Source: Mobula hypostoma
Taxonomy: Eukaryota
Direction of reading: 5' to 3'
Assembly (NCBI RefSeq): GCF_963921235.1
Contig: NC_086108.1
Span: 105,402,001 to 105,466,000 of the forward strand
DNA: 64,000 nt
Every line of letters starts with the position of its first letter. The stretch's first letter is position 1. A model generated the notes under the pieces. That model did no database searches. It worked only from the letters and a program-made list of their open reading frames with translations, and was not told where the DNA came from. The position numbers and the translations under genes are program-made. This document shows positions 13,046-25,387 of this stretch, piece after piece.

Positions 13046-13851
13046 TAAACCCCTGGCAGCCCATACTAAAAACCTACTATAGCCTTCACCACATGTTTGC
13101 GAGCATTTGGGGCTGTTGCTGGTGAGTTAAATACTGTCAATTAAAATTCATAACAACTTTTGGGTTTTTCCTCACAAGGGATTTCTTTAAGACACTTTCC
13201 TGTGACAAGCTCAATTTCAAATAATGGGAAGTAATATATCTTCTCATTCCGCACAATCATCGATATCTTGCTGTGGCAATCCTGAAAATAATTTATTGGT
13301 GCTCTTTTATTTATATTTATGTCAAAACAATGATTATTTTCAGTCATTTCATTGCATATCAGAGAAGGTCACATGTGAGTGATTGTACCGGTGATGTTAA
13401 TTTATTGAAATATAGCATCGTATTGCTTTGGAAAGCAGAGCAAAAGATTGACATTTAGCTGAAAGTTCTGCTCAAATTACTTATGTTTCCTTTGTGTGCT
13501 AAAACTTTGAGGTGGCAGCACCATCTTTCATTTTAGTGTCTTCTTCTTGTCAGTTTATTTTATATTCTTCTTGTGTGATGGTAAGAATTAATATTATATT
13601 TGAGGGCTTCATTAACCAGAGGATCAAATGGGCTTGAAATTCAGCATGAGGGAGAAAGCTGGCCAGAGTCAAGTGACTGAACGGCCATTTGACATTCTGC
13701 ACTGATCCCTATGGCAGCATCCACACAGTCTCTGCAGCCAGTATTTGTACTGAAAATGCTTTCTTCTCTGCTGCCTCAAGATTCAGGTTCATTTGTTAGG
13801 TGCACAATGAAATACACAGTGAAATGCCAGGGAAATGCATCATTTCAACCT

Positions 13852-14271
13852 TAAGACAATAAAACACAGGAGCATAATTAGACTATTCGGCCCATTGAGT
13901 CTGCTCCACCATCCCATTATTACTTATGTATTACCCCTTCCAACCCTATTCTCTTACTTTTTCCCCATAATCTTTGATGCCCTGAATAACTAGGAACCTA
14001 TTAAACTCCATTTTAAATATACCCAATGACTTGGCCTCCACAGTCACCAATGGCAATGAATTCCATAGATTCACCACACTTTGTCCGAAGAAATCCTTTC
14101 TTATCTTCATTCTAAATGGACATCCCTCTATTCTGAGGCTATGCCCTCTGGTCCTAGACTCTCCCACTATAGAAACCATCCTCTCTATGTCCACTTTATC
14201 TAGGCCTTTCAATATTCGTTAGACTTCAATGAGATCCCCCCTATTCTTATAAACTCCAGCAAGAACAGGCC
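13852..14271 (-). mobile_element. CR1 3' fragment (continues at 16301-16410 beyond the Rex1 insertion)
   Basis: ORF 13946-14212 TRGHSLRI...FFGQSVVNLWNSLP. Confidence 0.85.
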
Positions 14272-16300
14272 ATGATTCCCCATTGATCTCAACAACAAAC
14301 CACGGGTCACCAGTGATCTAAAGGCTCTTCTCAAGCTCAGAAAGGAAGCTTTTAGATCAGGAGACAGGGAGGAATTGAAACGTGTGCAGAGGGAGCTACA
14401 GGAAAAGATCAAGGTGGCTAAAGAGGAATATAGGAGATAGCTGGAGAGCAAGCATGGGCAGAGTAGCACATGGGAGATGTGGAGAGGCATGAAGAGCATC
14501 ACTGGCTTCAATCAGCCTGTCTGTAGAGCCGTGAGTGGGCTAACGAGTTAAACCAATTCTTTAATAGGTTTGACAATTGTCTTCCTGTTCACACACCCCT
14601 CAGCACACCAGTCCAGGTGCCGAGGCACTCAATGCTCCCTCCTCCCTCCTCTCACCTCCAATTCAACACGTGGATGAACAACACAGGCTACTACTGTCTA
14701 CGTCCCTTTCTTGCCCTGCACCTACCATCCACACCTTCTCATACCATCTGCTATCGTCCCGATCTTCACCTCCACCAGTCATCAACATGGGGTCACCTTC
14801 ACTACTGAGCAGGTGAGAAGGACTCTGAGGAAACCCAGACGTGGCAAAGTAATGACACTGGATGGTGTGAACCCCAAGGTTCTGAAGGACTGTGCTGAGG
14901 AGCTGTGTGGAGTTCTCAAGGGCATTTTCAATCTCAGTCTCTGCCTGGAAAGGGTCCCGACTGAGTGGAAAACATCATGTGTGGTTCCAGTATCCAAGAA
15001 GGGCTGACCGAAAGTCTTGAATGACTACTGTCCAGTAGCCTTGACCTCACACATCATGAAGGCCCTAGGGAGGTCGGTCAGATCAGCCCCCAGTCCCCTG
15101 AAGTTTGCCTACCAGGAGTACATTGTAGTCAAGAATGCTGTCATCTACCTGTTGAACAGAGCCTATACCCGTTCAGATAAGCAGGGCAGCACTGTGAAGA
15201 TCACTTTTTTTGATTTCTCAAGTGCCTTCAATACCATACAGCCCCCATTGCTGGGGGAAAAGCTCTGTTCAATGAAGGTTCACACTTCCAATGTATCTTG
15301 GATAGTGGACTAACTGAATAGCAGACCGAAGTTTGTGCAGCTTCAGAGCTATATGTCAGACATGGCTATACTCAACACTGGGGCCCCACAGGGGAATGTA
15401 TTGGCTCCCTTCCTGTTTACCCTGTATACCTTGGACTTTAGATACAACACTGAGCCATGTCATCTGCAGAAATTCTCTGATGACTCGGCAATAGTTGGGT
15501 GTATAAGAGGAGGACAGGGGGATGAATACTGGGCCCTGGCAGAGGACTTTATCAAATGGTGGAAGTTGAATCATTTGCAGCTCAACATCAGTAAGACAAA
15601 GGAGATGGTGGTGGACTTTAGAAAGACTAAGCCTTCACTGCTTCCTGTTATTATTGATGGTAAGGCTGTGGATGTTGTGAGGACCTACAAGTACCTGAGG
15701 TGCACCTGGATGACAGATGAGTGGAGCACCAACACAGAGGCTGTGTACAACAAGAGCCAGAGTTGCCTTTACTTCCTGGGGAGACTGAAGTCCTTTGGAG
15801 TATGCAAGCCTCTCCTTTACAGGTTCCACCAATCTGTTGCTGCCAGTACAACCTTCTATGTGGTGGTGTGCTTAGGTAATGGCATCAACCTGGGTGATGC
15901 CAACAGGTTCAATAAACTGATTAGAAAGGCTGGTCCTGTTGTAGGAGTCAAACTGGACACACTGGAGGCTGTGGTAGAACAAAGAATCCTATGGAAAATC
16001 CTGGATAAAGTTTCTCACCCTCTGCATGCCACCTTGGCTGAGCAGAGGAGCACTTATAGTAATAGACTAAGACAACTGTGCTGCTCCAAAGGGCGCTATA
16101 TGAGGTTATTCTTACCCTCAGCCATTAGGCTCCATAATCAGTCAACCTATAGCCGAGAAAGTGATGACCCCCTCCTGTTAGACTGTTTGAGATAACTTTT
16201 TTCTTTATTTTTTCTCATTTCTCTTCTAATTTGTGCATTTGTAATGTTATGGGGACACTGTAACTTCCTTGGGGATCAATAAAGTATCTAACTATCTATC
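14272..16300 (+). mobile_element. Rex1/Babar LINE, 5'-truncated RT ORF with stops/frameshifts, inserted into a CR1
   Basis: NNKP.VTSDLKALL, WKTSCVVPV, NDYCPVALTS, FFDFSSAFNTIQP, GAPQG.VLAPFLF, KFSDDS; 3' end aataaagtatctaactatctatc. Confidence 0.92.
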
Positions 16301-16642
16301 CGCAGCCATCAAATGCCCCCATACATTAACCCTTTCATTCTCAAGATCATTCTCATGAGACTCCTCTGGACCTTTTTTAATGCCAGCACATTCTTTCTTC
16401 GATAAGGGGGCCCGAAGATATGTGTTAACAGCAAAGTCACACAGGTGTGTGGTGGGGGCAGCCTGCAAAGGTGACTACACATTCCAGTATCAACATAGCA
16501 TGCCCACAATGTATAGCAGAAAAACACAGAACACAACCAGCAGCAATCAACAACAGCAAGTAGAAGCCTAAAAGCCCCGTTCCTCCCTTCCACGCACACA
16601 CGCACACATACAGTTCTTCATCACCAGGGCAGGTCTCCACAT

Positions 16643-19600
16643 GTGGTCTCCAGTGACATGAAGGGAAAGAGGAAGATGGGGAATGCGGTAGTCATAGGGG
16701 ATTCCATAGTGAGGGGAACAGACAGGAGGTTCTGTCAGCCTGATAGAGGTACCCGCATGGTGTGTTGCCTCCCAGGTGCCAGGGTACAGGATATCTCAGA
16801 TCAGGTGCAGAGTATTCTGAAGGGAGAGGGTGACCAGCCAGAAGACTTGGTACATGTCGTTACCAATAACATAAGTAGAAAAAGGGAGGAGGTCCTGAAG
16901 AGAGAATTCAGGGAGTTGGGTAGGAAGCTGAAAAGCAGGACCTCCAGGGTAGTAATCTCAGGATTGCTGCCTGTGCCACGTGCTGGCGAGTGCAAGACTA
17001 GCATGATCAGGCATATTAATGTGCGGCTGAGAGACTGGTGCAGGGGGCAGGGCTTCGGGTTCCTGGATCACTGGGGCCTCTTCTGAGGGAGGTATGACCT
17101 GTAAAAAAAGGACATGTTACACCTGAACCCAAAGGGGTCCAATATCCTAGCAGGCAAGTTTAATAGAGCTGTTAGGGAGGGTTTAAACTAATTTGGCAGG
17201 GGGATGGGAATCCAAGTGATAGGGCTGAGGAAGGGGAAAACAGAAATAAATCAAAGATAGTGTGCAACAGAGATTATAGAAAGAACAGGCAGGGGATGAG
17301 GCTTAATCAAAGCCAGTGGCATGAGCTACAGGGCAAAAGAGACGTGGTGCAGTTAAAACAGAAAGCAGCAAATACCAGACTGAGAGTGTTGTATTTGGAT
17401 GCACGTAGTATGAGAAATAAAATAGACTATCTTGAAATTCAGCTACAGATTGGCAAGTATGACGTTCTGGCCATCTCTGACTCTTGGCTAAAGGATGACT
17501 GCCATTGGGAGCTGGACGTCCAAGGATATACGGTGTATCAGAAAGATAGGCTCGTTGGCAAAGGGGGTGGTATAAGAAATAATATTAAATCATTGGGAAG
17601 AGATGACCTAGGATGAGAAGGTGTAGAGTTTCTATGGATTGAGTTAAGAAATGGGAAGGGTAAAAGAACCCTAATGGCAGTTGTATACAGGCCACCAAAC
17701 AGTAGCTGGGATGTGGATTACAAATTACAGCAGGAGATAGAAAAAGCATATCAGGAAGGCAATGTCATGATAATCGTTGGGGATTTTAACATGCAGTGAA
17801 AATTATGACTGAGAAGGTGCAAAAGAAGCTTAATGGTCTGAGCGTGGATAAATCTCCTGGACCTGATGGAATGCACCCTCGGGTTCTGAAGGAAGTAGCT
17901 GGAGAGATTGCGGAGGCGTTATTGATAATCTTTCAAGAATCGATAGATTCTGGCATTATACTAATAAAGGCATTCGTTAGTCTTGCGAGACCACGGATCT
18001 GTGCCTGGAAAGTCTTCACTCTCCAGGGTGCAGGCCTGGGCAAGGTTGTATGGAAGACCGGCAGTTGCCCATGCTGCAAGTCTCCCCTTTCCACGACACC
18101 GATGTTGTCCAAGGGAAGGGGAAAGGCCGATACAGCTTGGCACCAGTGTCGTCGCAGAGCACTGTGTGGTTAAGTGCCTTGCTCAAGGACACAACACGCT
18201 GCCTTGGCTGGGGCTCGAACTCACGACCTTCAGGTTGCTAGTCGAATGCCTTAACCACTTGGCCATGTGGCCACACTTGCATTGCACTGGATGACTGGAA
18301 AATTGCAAATGTTACTCTGCTATTTAAGAAGGGTGGGAGGCAGCAGAAAGGAAACTATAGACCTGTTAGCCTGACATCAGTGGTTGGGAAGTTGTTGGAA
18401 TCAACGGTTAGGGATGAGATTACAGAGTTCCTGGAGGCACATGACAAGATAAGCCAAAGCCAGCATGGTTTCCTGAAAGGAAGATCCTGCCTGACGTACC
18501 TACTTCAATCCTTTGAGGAAATTACAAGCAGAGTAGACAAAAGAAATGCAGTAGACATGGTGTACTTGGATTTTCAGAAGGCCTTTGACAATGTGCTGCA
18601 CATGAGGCTGCTTAGCAAGATAAGAGCCCATGGAATTACAGGGAAGATACTTGCGTGGGTGGAGCATTGGCTGATCAGCAGAAAACAGACAGTGGGAATA
18701 AAGGGATCCCATTCTGGCTGGCTGCCGGTTACCAGTGGAGTTCCACAGGGATCATTGGTGTTGGGACCGTTACTTTTTGCGATGTATGTCAATGATTTGA
18801 ACTACAGTATTAAGGGATTTGTGGCTAAATTTACCGATTGTACAAAGATAGGTGGAGGAGCCGGTAGTGTTGAGGAAACAGAGAGCCTTCAGAGAGACTT
18901 AGATAGTTTAGAGGAATGGGCAAAGAAGTGGCAAATGAAATACAATGTTGGAAAGTGAATGGTCATGCACTTTGGTGGAAGAAATAAATGGACAGACCAT
19001 TATTTAGATGAGGAGACAATTCAAAATGCAGAGACGCAAAGAGACTTGGGGGTCCTTGTGCAAGATACCCTGAAGGTTAACCTGCAGAGTGAGTTCATTG
19101 TGAAGAAGGTGAATGCAATGTTGGCATTCATTTCTAGAGGTATATAATATAAAAGCAGGGATGTGATGTTGATGCTCTATAATGCACTCGTGAGTCCACA
19201 CTTGGAGTATTGTGTGCAGTTTTGGGCTCCTTATTTTAGAAAGGATATACTGACATTGGAAATGGTTCAGAGAAGATTCACAAGAAAGATTCCAGGAATG
19301 AGAGGGTTACTGTATGAAGAACGTCTGGCAGCTCTTGGGCTGTATTCCCTGGAGTTCAGGAGAATGAGGGGGGATCTCATAGAAACATTCCAAATGTTTA
19401 AAGGCCTGAACAGATTAGATATGGCAAAGTTATTTCCCATGGTAGGGGATTCTAGGACAAGAGTATTCAGTATTGAAGTACGTCCTTTTAGAATTGAGTT
19501 GCAGAGAAATTACTTTAGTCAGAGGGTGATAAATCTGTGGAATTTGTTGCCACAAGCGACTGTGGAGGCCAAGTCACTGGGTGTATTTAAGGCAGAGATA

Positions 19601-19762
19601 GATAGGTTCTTGATTAGCTAGGGCATCAAAGAGTATGGGGTGAAAGCAGGGGAGCGGGGATGACTGGATGAAGTGGATCAGCCCATGATTGATTGGCGGA
19701 GCAGACTTGATGGGACGAGTGACCTACTTCTGCTCTTGTATCTTATGGTCTTATGGTCTTAT
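16643..19762 (+). mobile_element. CR1 LINE with ORF1 SGNH/GDSL esterase domain and internally deleted ORF2; (TTATGGTC)n tail
   Basis: AVVIGDSIVRG...VCCLPGARV (16643-17086); EN YDVLAISDSW; jump at about 17797 from EN GDFN to KSPGPDG; RT ORFs 18380-19621. Confidence 0.92.
17960..18278 (-). mobile_element. tRNA-derived SINE with CORE-like segment and RTE-like body, inserted in CR1 ORF2
   Basis: Minus strand A box TGGCCAAGTGG, B box GAGTTCGAGCC, then gtgtccttgagcaaggcacttaacc; second copy at 31946-32255. Confidence 0.8.
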
Positions 19763-20082
19763 GAACTCAGGCCAACAGATTCAGCCTCCCCTGCGGGATC
19801 ACAGAGATTCTACCTCGGTCTTTTATCAACATTACCAATTTCATTTCTTCCTTTTTAAAGATCTTACTCCCTCGTTCCCAGTCTGATTCAGATCTCTGTA
19901 ACAACTATTAATCTCTTCAATTCACTTTATTTTCCATGAGTGACTTAGTTTGTACAGTGGTAAGGACAACATCATAGAACTTAAGATACACAGCACCTCA
20001 TTACATACAGTTAAACACTATGTAAAATACTCACAATAGATAATAAATACTAAAAATTAAAGCATGTGATTTAAAATACAAA

Positions 20083-20872
20083 TACATAGAACATAGAAAT
20101 CTACAGCACATTACAGGCCCTTCGGCCCATGATGTTGTGCCGACCGTGTAACCTACTCTGGAGACTACCTTGAATTTCCCCAGCGCATAACTCTCTATTT
20201 TTCTAAGCTCCATGTACCTATTTAAGAGGCTCTTGAAAGACCCTATCATATCCGCTTCCACAACCATTGCCGGCAGTGCATACCATGCACCCACCATCCT
20301 CTGTGTGAAAAACTTACCCCTGACATCCCCTCGGTACCTATTTCCAAACGCCTTAAAACTATGCCCCCTCGTTTTAGTCATCAGGAAAAGCCTCTGGCTA
20401 TCCACACAATCAATCTCATCATCTTATACACCTCAATCAGGTCACTTCTCATCCTCCGTTTCTCCAAGGAGAAAAGGCCAAATTCAGTCATCCTATTCTC
20501 ATAAGGTACGCCCTCCAAACCAGGCAACATCCTTGTAAATCTCCTCTGCACTCTCTCTATGGTGTCCACATCCTTCCTGTAGTGAGGTGACCAGACACGA
20601 ATACAGTACTCCAAATGAGGTCTAAATAAGGTTTAAATATTGCTGTAACATTACTTCATGGCTCTTGAACTCAATCCCACATTTGAGGAATGCCAAGACA
20701 CCATACGCCTTCTTAACAACACTGTCAATCAACGGAGCAGTTTTGAGTGTCCTATCAACTCGGACCCCAAGATCTCTCAGAACTTTCGCACTGCAAAGAG
20801 TCTTACCATTTATATTATATTCTGTCTTCAAATTGGATCTACCAAAATAAACCACTTCACACTAATCTGGGT
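20083..20872 (-). mobile_element. CR1 3' fragment
   Basis: EYCIRVWSPHYRKD, RRMRSDLIEVYK, TRGH; tail catagaacatagaa. Confidence 0.9.
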
Positions 20873-20929
20873 TATACACATAATGAAACTGACTGTTTTT
20901 ACTATCAAAGCTGCTATGCATGCGATATA

Positions 20930-21890
20930 TTCAAAATTGGGTGTTGAGGAGGCAAATGGAGGAAGGCACAAAACTAGATCATACTCTTCTGGTGCTGATG
21001 GTGAGGGACCTGTAGCGGGTCCAAATGGCATGAGATTGTAGTCTGTGTGAAGTGTATGTGTAATATCCTATACTATTTGTTGATCCTCCTTCATCGTCTG
21101 TCTCTTATGGATGCTGCAGAGAGATTCTTGTTCCTGGCCAATCATTTTACTACTTATTCTGACAACTCTGTTCAGTGGGCTGAGGTTGATGGTGTGCATT
21201 GCTCCGATCCATGCTGTGATGTAGGTTAATATTGATTCAATGAAGCATTTATAAAATGACTGGAGAATCGGTGGCTGGACCTGAAGTTTCTGCATCTTCC
21301 TAAGGAAAAATAGCCGTTGTTGGCACTTGGCGAGTATCAACTCACCAATGGTCTTAAAGGTGATTTTGTTATCTATAGTTGTGCCGAGGTGCTTGTATTC
21401 TCCAAAACGCTTTATCGACTGGCCACTTATTTCCAGGGTTGGGGCAGTGTCCTGTTGTTTTCTAAAGTGCACTACCATTTCCTTACTTTTACTGGAGTTC
21501 AGGTTCAGGTGGTTGTTTGTGGAACATCCAGAAAATGTATTGATTTCCTCATTGATGTAGTCATCGGAGTTGGTAGTGCCAATGATGACTGTATTATCTG
21601 AATAGCTGATTTACTGCATGTCTGGGTGTGAGTTTCTGCAGTCGTCTGTGCACAGTGTGAACAAGGTGGTGAGATAACTGAGCCCTGTGGTGCTCCAGTT
21701 GATATTTGCCTGTTGGTGCTCAGATAACCATTATATCTCACTTTTTTCATGTCTGTCTGTGAGGAAGGAGAGGATGAGGGGTATGAGGTGGGGGTTTACA
21801 CTCATTTGCTGGAGCTTGTGTCCCATGAGATGGGGTTACACAGTGTTAAATGCACCGGAAAAGTCCACAAACAACATCCTAATAAATGAC
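20930..21890 (-). mobile_element. Divergent Rex1/Babar-like LINE RT fragment
   Basis: ISTGAPQGSVISP; YKHLGTTIDNKITF...QQRLFFLRK...FYKCFIESIL. Confidence 0.8.
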
Positions 21891-22579
21891 ATAGTAATAA
21901 TTTGTATCCTCTAAGCAGAATTTATATTTAGAGTGTTAGCATTGGTTATGGTATTGTCGTTGGTTTATTATTCACATATGTACCAAGCTACTGTGAAAAG
22001 CTTGTCTTGCATACTGTTTGTACTTTTGGACAATGTTAACGAGGAATGCCACAAGTTTGATTCATTTTCTTAGTAGCGCAGAGCATGTGCAGAAGGCAAG
22101 GGAGCTACATGGCCTTGTTTTGAGTGAGGATTAGGCCTCGAGCTGTGGTGCCACCTGATTACAGCCACCAGGAGAGAGGCGTCAGTGCCCATGCACTCCA
22201 CCGGGGATGGTGAGGCACAGGATCCAGGCTGGAGTCAGAGCTGCCCCATTCCGGTGATTGCTTAGCAGAAGACGAGCTCTTTTGTGGCTCAAGTCTGGAT
22301 TTTTAAAAAAAGTACTGCATGGCTGTATCTTACTGATACCTTTATGTGCCTGTTATCCTGTAGGCACGATGTGTGCTTTGTGCTGTGTGATTGTAGGTGT
22401 TGTGTTTTGTACTTTGGTCCCAGAGAAACGCTGTCTCATTTGGCTGTATTCATGGGTATTCATGTATGGTTGAATGACAATTAAACTTGAATTGAATTCA
22501 GATCAAATCATTACACAGTGCATTGAGATAGAACAAGGTAAAACAATAACAATGCAGAATAAAGTGTAAAAGCTACTGA

Positions 22580-23474
22580 GGCCACGTCCACACTACGCCA
22601 GATAATTTTGAAAACAAAGCTTTTTCTCTTCGTTTTGACCCTCCGTCCACATTGAAACGGCTTTTTATCCCCCAAAAACGGAGCATTTCTAAAACACACT
22701 CCAGAATGTGTAAATTTGAAAACAATTATTGCGCATTGTAGTGTGGACGGGGTAAACGGAGATATTTAAAAACGCTGTCATGACAACACCACAATAACAA
22801 TGCTTTTTCTGCTTCTGCTTGGTACTGCGCAAGCTGTTATAACGCACAGTCAGTGTGAACGGCGTGAGAGTTAAATTGTAAAGTGAGTTTTTTTGACTAG
22901 ATCCCCTAAGTTGATTTGATTGAGTCTATCTTTACAAATATTAATGTCAGAAATACTGCGCAGGTCTGGCTGTAGAAGATTCCACTCTCTTGTTGATCTT
23001 GGGTAGAGGACGGCTTCATGCGTGTGTTGTTTACTTTATTGTCTACATTAATAGCTTGTTTGGAGTTAAACATCTCCACTGCTTTGCTGACTTTGTAGTC
23101 GTTTGTAACTCGCAGAAACAGCTTGACTTCATCGTCTGTCTAAACAAAGAAGTCCGGTCTGCTTTTTCCAGCGGAGGGTTTCTTTGTATTCCTCGAAGAC
23201 ATTGTTGAAAACTTTCTTTCGCTGTTGTTGTTGGTACTCTAGATTTTGACCAATGGAAATAGCACAATGCCACCTCGGAAACGTAAATATTATACCGTTT
23301 CCTCTTCACTTGATTTCCGTAGCTGTATCTACGCATGCCCAGTAGGAGTAGATTCGCCCAAATATCCATTTTAATGTGGACAGCAATATTTTGAAAAACG
23401 CCTAGTGTGGACGCCTGTCAATTTTACTTGAAACCAGCGTTTTCAAAATTATCCGGTCTAGTGTGGACGTAGCC
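22580..23474 (-). mobile_element. PIF/Harbinger non-autonomous DNA transposon with Myb/SANT-like remnant
   Basis: About 36-bp TIRs (ggccacgtccacactacgccagataattttgaaaac / gttttcaaaattatccggtctagtgtggacgtagcc); 3-bp TSD TGA at 22577-22579 and 23475-23477; repeated subterminal GTCCAC/GTGGAC motifs; flanks rejoin into a repeat also seen near 5175 and 60060. Confidence 0.88.
23074..23202 (-). pseudogene. Fossil N-terminus of the Harbinger Myb/SANT-like DNA-binding protein
   Basis: Manual translation MSSRNTKKPSAGKSRPDFFV*TDDEVKLFLRVTNDYKVSKAVE; TAG falls at the conserved W of W(T/S)DDE. Confidence 0.7.
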
Positions 23475-24514
23475 TGAGAAAGAGCAGTGCAGGTAAACAG
23501 TAAAGTGGAAGATCATAGCGAGATAATGTAGACTGAGGTTAAGAGTGCATTTCAGCATTCATTTAAAATGGTGGCATGCAGGGGTGCAGCAACTTCTCTG
23601 GCTCCCAATGATGGCACTAGTTTTAAATTCTTAGATAGTGTTTCAAAGTTTCTAATTGTCTGAAGCTCCGTGAACACTCACTGAACTCTTAAACAAGATT
23701 GCTTTTAAGCCGCTGGCATTGGAGTTACTAGTTCTGCTCGGCAGACTAGGGACCCTACAGACGCCAGACTCGGCGACAGTGGCCTAGCCTAGGCGGCTCA
23801 GCCGGGGAAGTATCAGGCGCAGGTGGTGTGACAGGAAGCCGAGGTGTGGCCAGAGAGCTGGGGCGCTAGCGAGAGTGAGGTACACTACTTACTGAAAGCC
23901 TGAGACGCTGCCTTCGAGTTTGGTGACAGAACAACTCTCAGAGCAGCCAGAAGAAATCTTATCTTAGGCATCAAGAGAGCTAAGACTGCCCACGCTCAAA
24001 AATTTACCGACAGAACCACACTAGGGTAGATGCCATCGAATCTGTCATGCATCTTGCCCTGACACACCTAGAAAACAAGGACACATGTCAGAATATTGTT
24101 TCTCGATTTCAGTTTGGCTTTCATCATTATTGTCCCACAGGTTTCAGAGAATAAATTCCTACTCTTTGGTCTAAACACGCCACTGTGCACCTGGGTGTTG
24201 GACTGCCTAACTGACAGAACTCAGATAGTCAGGATATACCTCTTCACCCTTTCATCATCCTCAATATGGGTGCCCCCAGCTGCCCCGAAGGCTGTGTGCT
24301 AAACCCATTGTTGTACGCTCAGCTCAAATATCCGAGGAATCAAGTTTGCCGACTCAATATTGGTGGGGCTCATCATCAACAAAAATGAGATGACCGACAA
24401 AGAGTAGGAGGAAAAGCTGAAGGCCTGATGCCAAGACAAATAAACTCTTCCTTAATGTCAAAGGTCAAAGGAGATGGTTATTGACTTCAGGAAAAGTCAC
24501 ACCACATTTACATT

Positions 24515-24738
24515 CAAACAACAGGAATTCTGCAGATGCTGGAAATTCAAGCAACATACATCAAAGTTGCTGGTGAACGCAGCAGGCCAGGCAGCATCTA
24601 TAGGAAGAGGCGCAGTCGACGTTTCAGGCCGAGACCCTTCGTCCTGACGAAGGGTCTCGGCCTGAAACGTCGACTGCGCCTCTTCCTATAGATGCTGCCT
24701 GGCCTGCTGCGTTCACCAGCAACTTTGATGTATGTTGC
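24515..24738. mobile_element. Penelope-derived inverted-repeat (hairpin) insertion with 13-bp TSD
   Basis: Perfect 93-bp arms 24551-24643 / 24646-24738, 2-nt spacer, 36-nt tail 24515-24550; TSD ccacatttacatt at 24502-24514 and 24738-24750. Confidence 0.92.
24641..24674 (+). ncRNA. Minimal type I hammerhead ribozyme motif (PLE-type)
   Basis: GUC-CUGACGA-AGG-GUCUCGG-CCU-GAAA-CG-UC-GAC: intact core, 3-bp stem II, palindromic ACGU in place of stem III, predicted cleavage after C24671. Confidence 0.7.
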
Positions 24739-25387
24739 CACATTTACATTGGTGGCTACAGCAATTTCAAACTCCTGGGAGTACACATTTTGCACAACTT
24801 CTTATGCTCTGAGAACACATCCTATACAATCATAAAAGCTCACCAACACATCTACGTTTTGAAGAAGCTGAAGAGAGATGGACTATGCACATCTATATGA
24901 CAGATACACAGCAGAGAGCATTTAACAAGCTACATCACTGCTTGGTATGGAAACTGCACTGTGGCAGACAGGAAGTCTCTGTAATGGATAATTAAAACTA
25001 CCCAATGCATCACTAGCGCCAACCTACCTGCCATCAAGGACTTGTATACAGAAAGGTGCTGAGAAAAGGCCACTAACATCATGATAGATCCCATCCACCA
25101 TGCTCATGGACTGTTTATCCCACTCCCATTAGGGAGGAGGCTATGTAGCATCCACACCAGGATGACCAGAGCCAAAGCAGTTACTTTCCCCAAGCAGTAA
25201 GGCTGATCAATGCCTCCACTCACTACCCCAACCCACCACATCCCCATCCACACCATTTAAGGGTTTTGGCCCAAAAAATCGACTGTTTACTCCTTTCCAT
25301 AGATGCTGCCTGGTCTGCTGAGTTCCTCCAGCATTTTGTGTGTGAGGTGAGGTGAGGTGAGTTGATCATAGTTGAACATTGATACTG

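Larger units (their letters stand above)
23940..25255 (+). mobile_element. Rex1/Babar-like LINE, degenerate; host of the PLE hairpin; 3' UTR resumes at about 28270-28500
   Basis: ILFLDFSLAF...LCTWVLDCLTDRTQIVR; KEMVIDFRK; NFKLLGV. Confidence 0.8.

Noticed and set aside
18195..18278. tRNA gene
   Set aside because: A/B boxes belong to a SINE head; no complete cloverleaf or acceptor stem, and it continues into the SINE body
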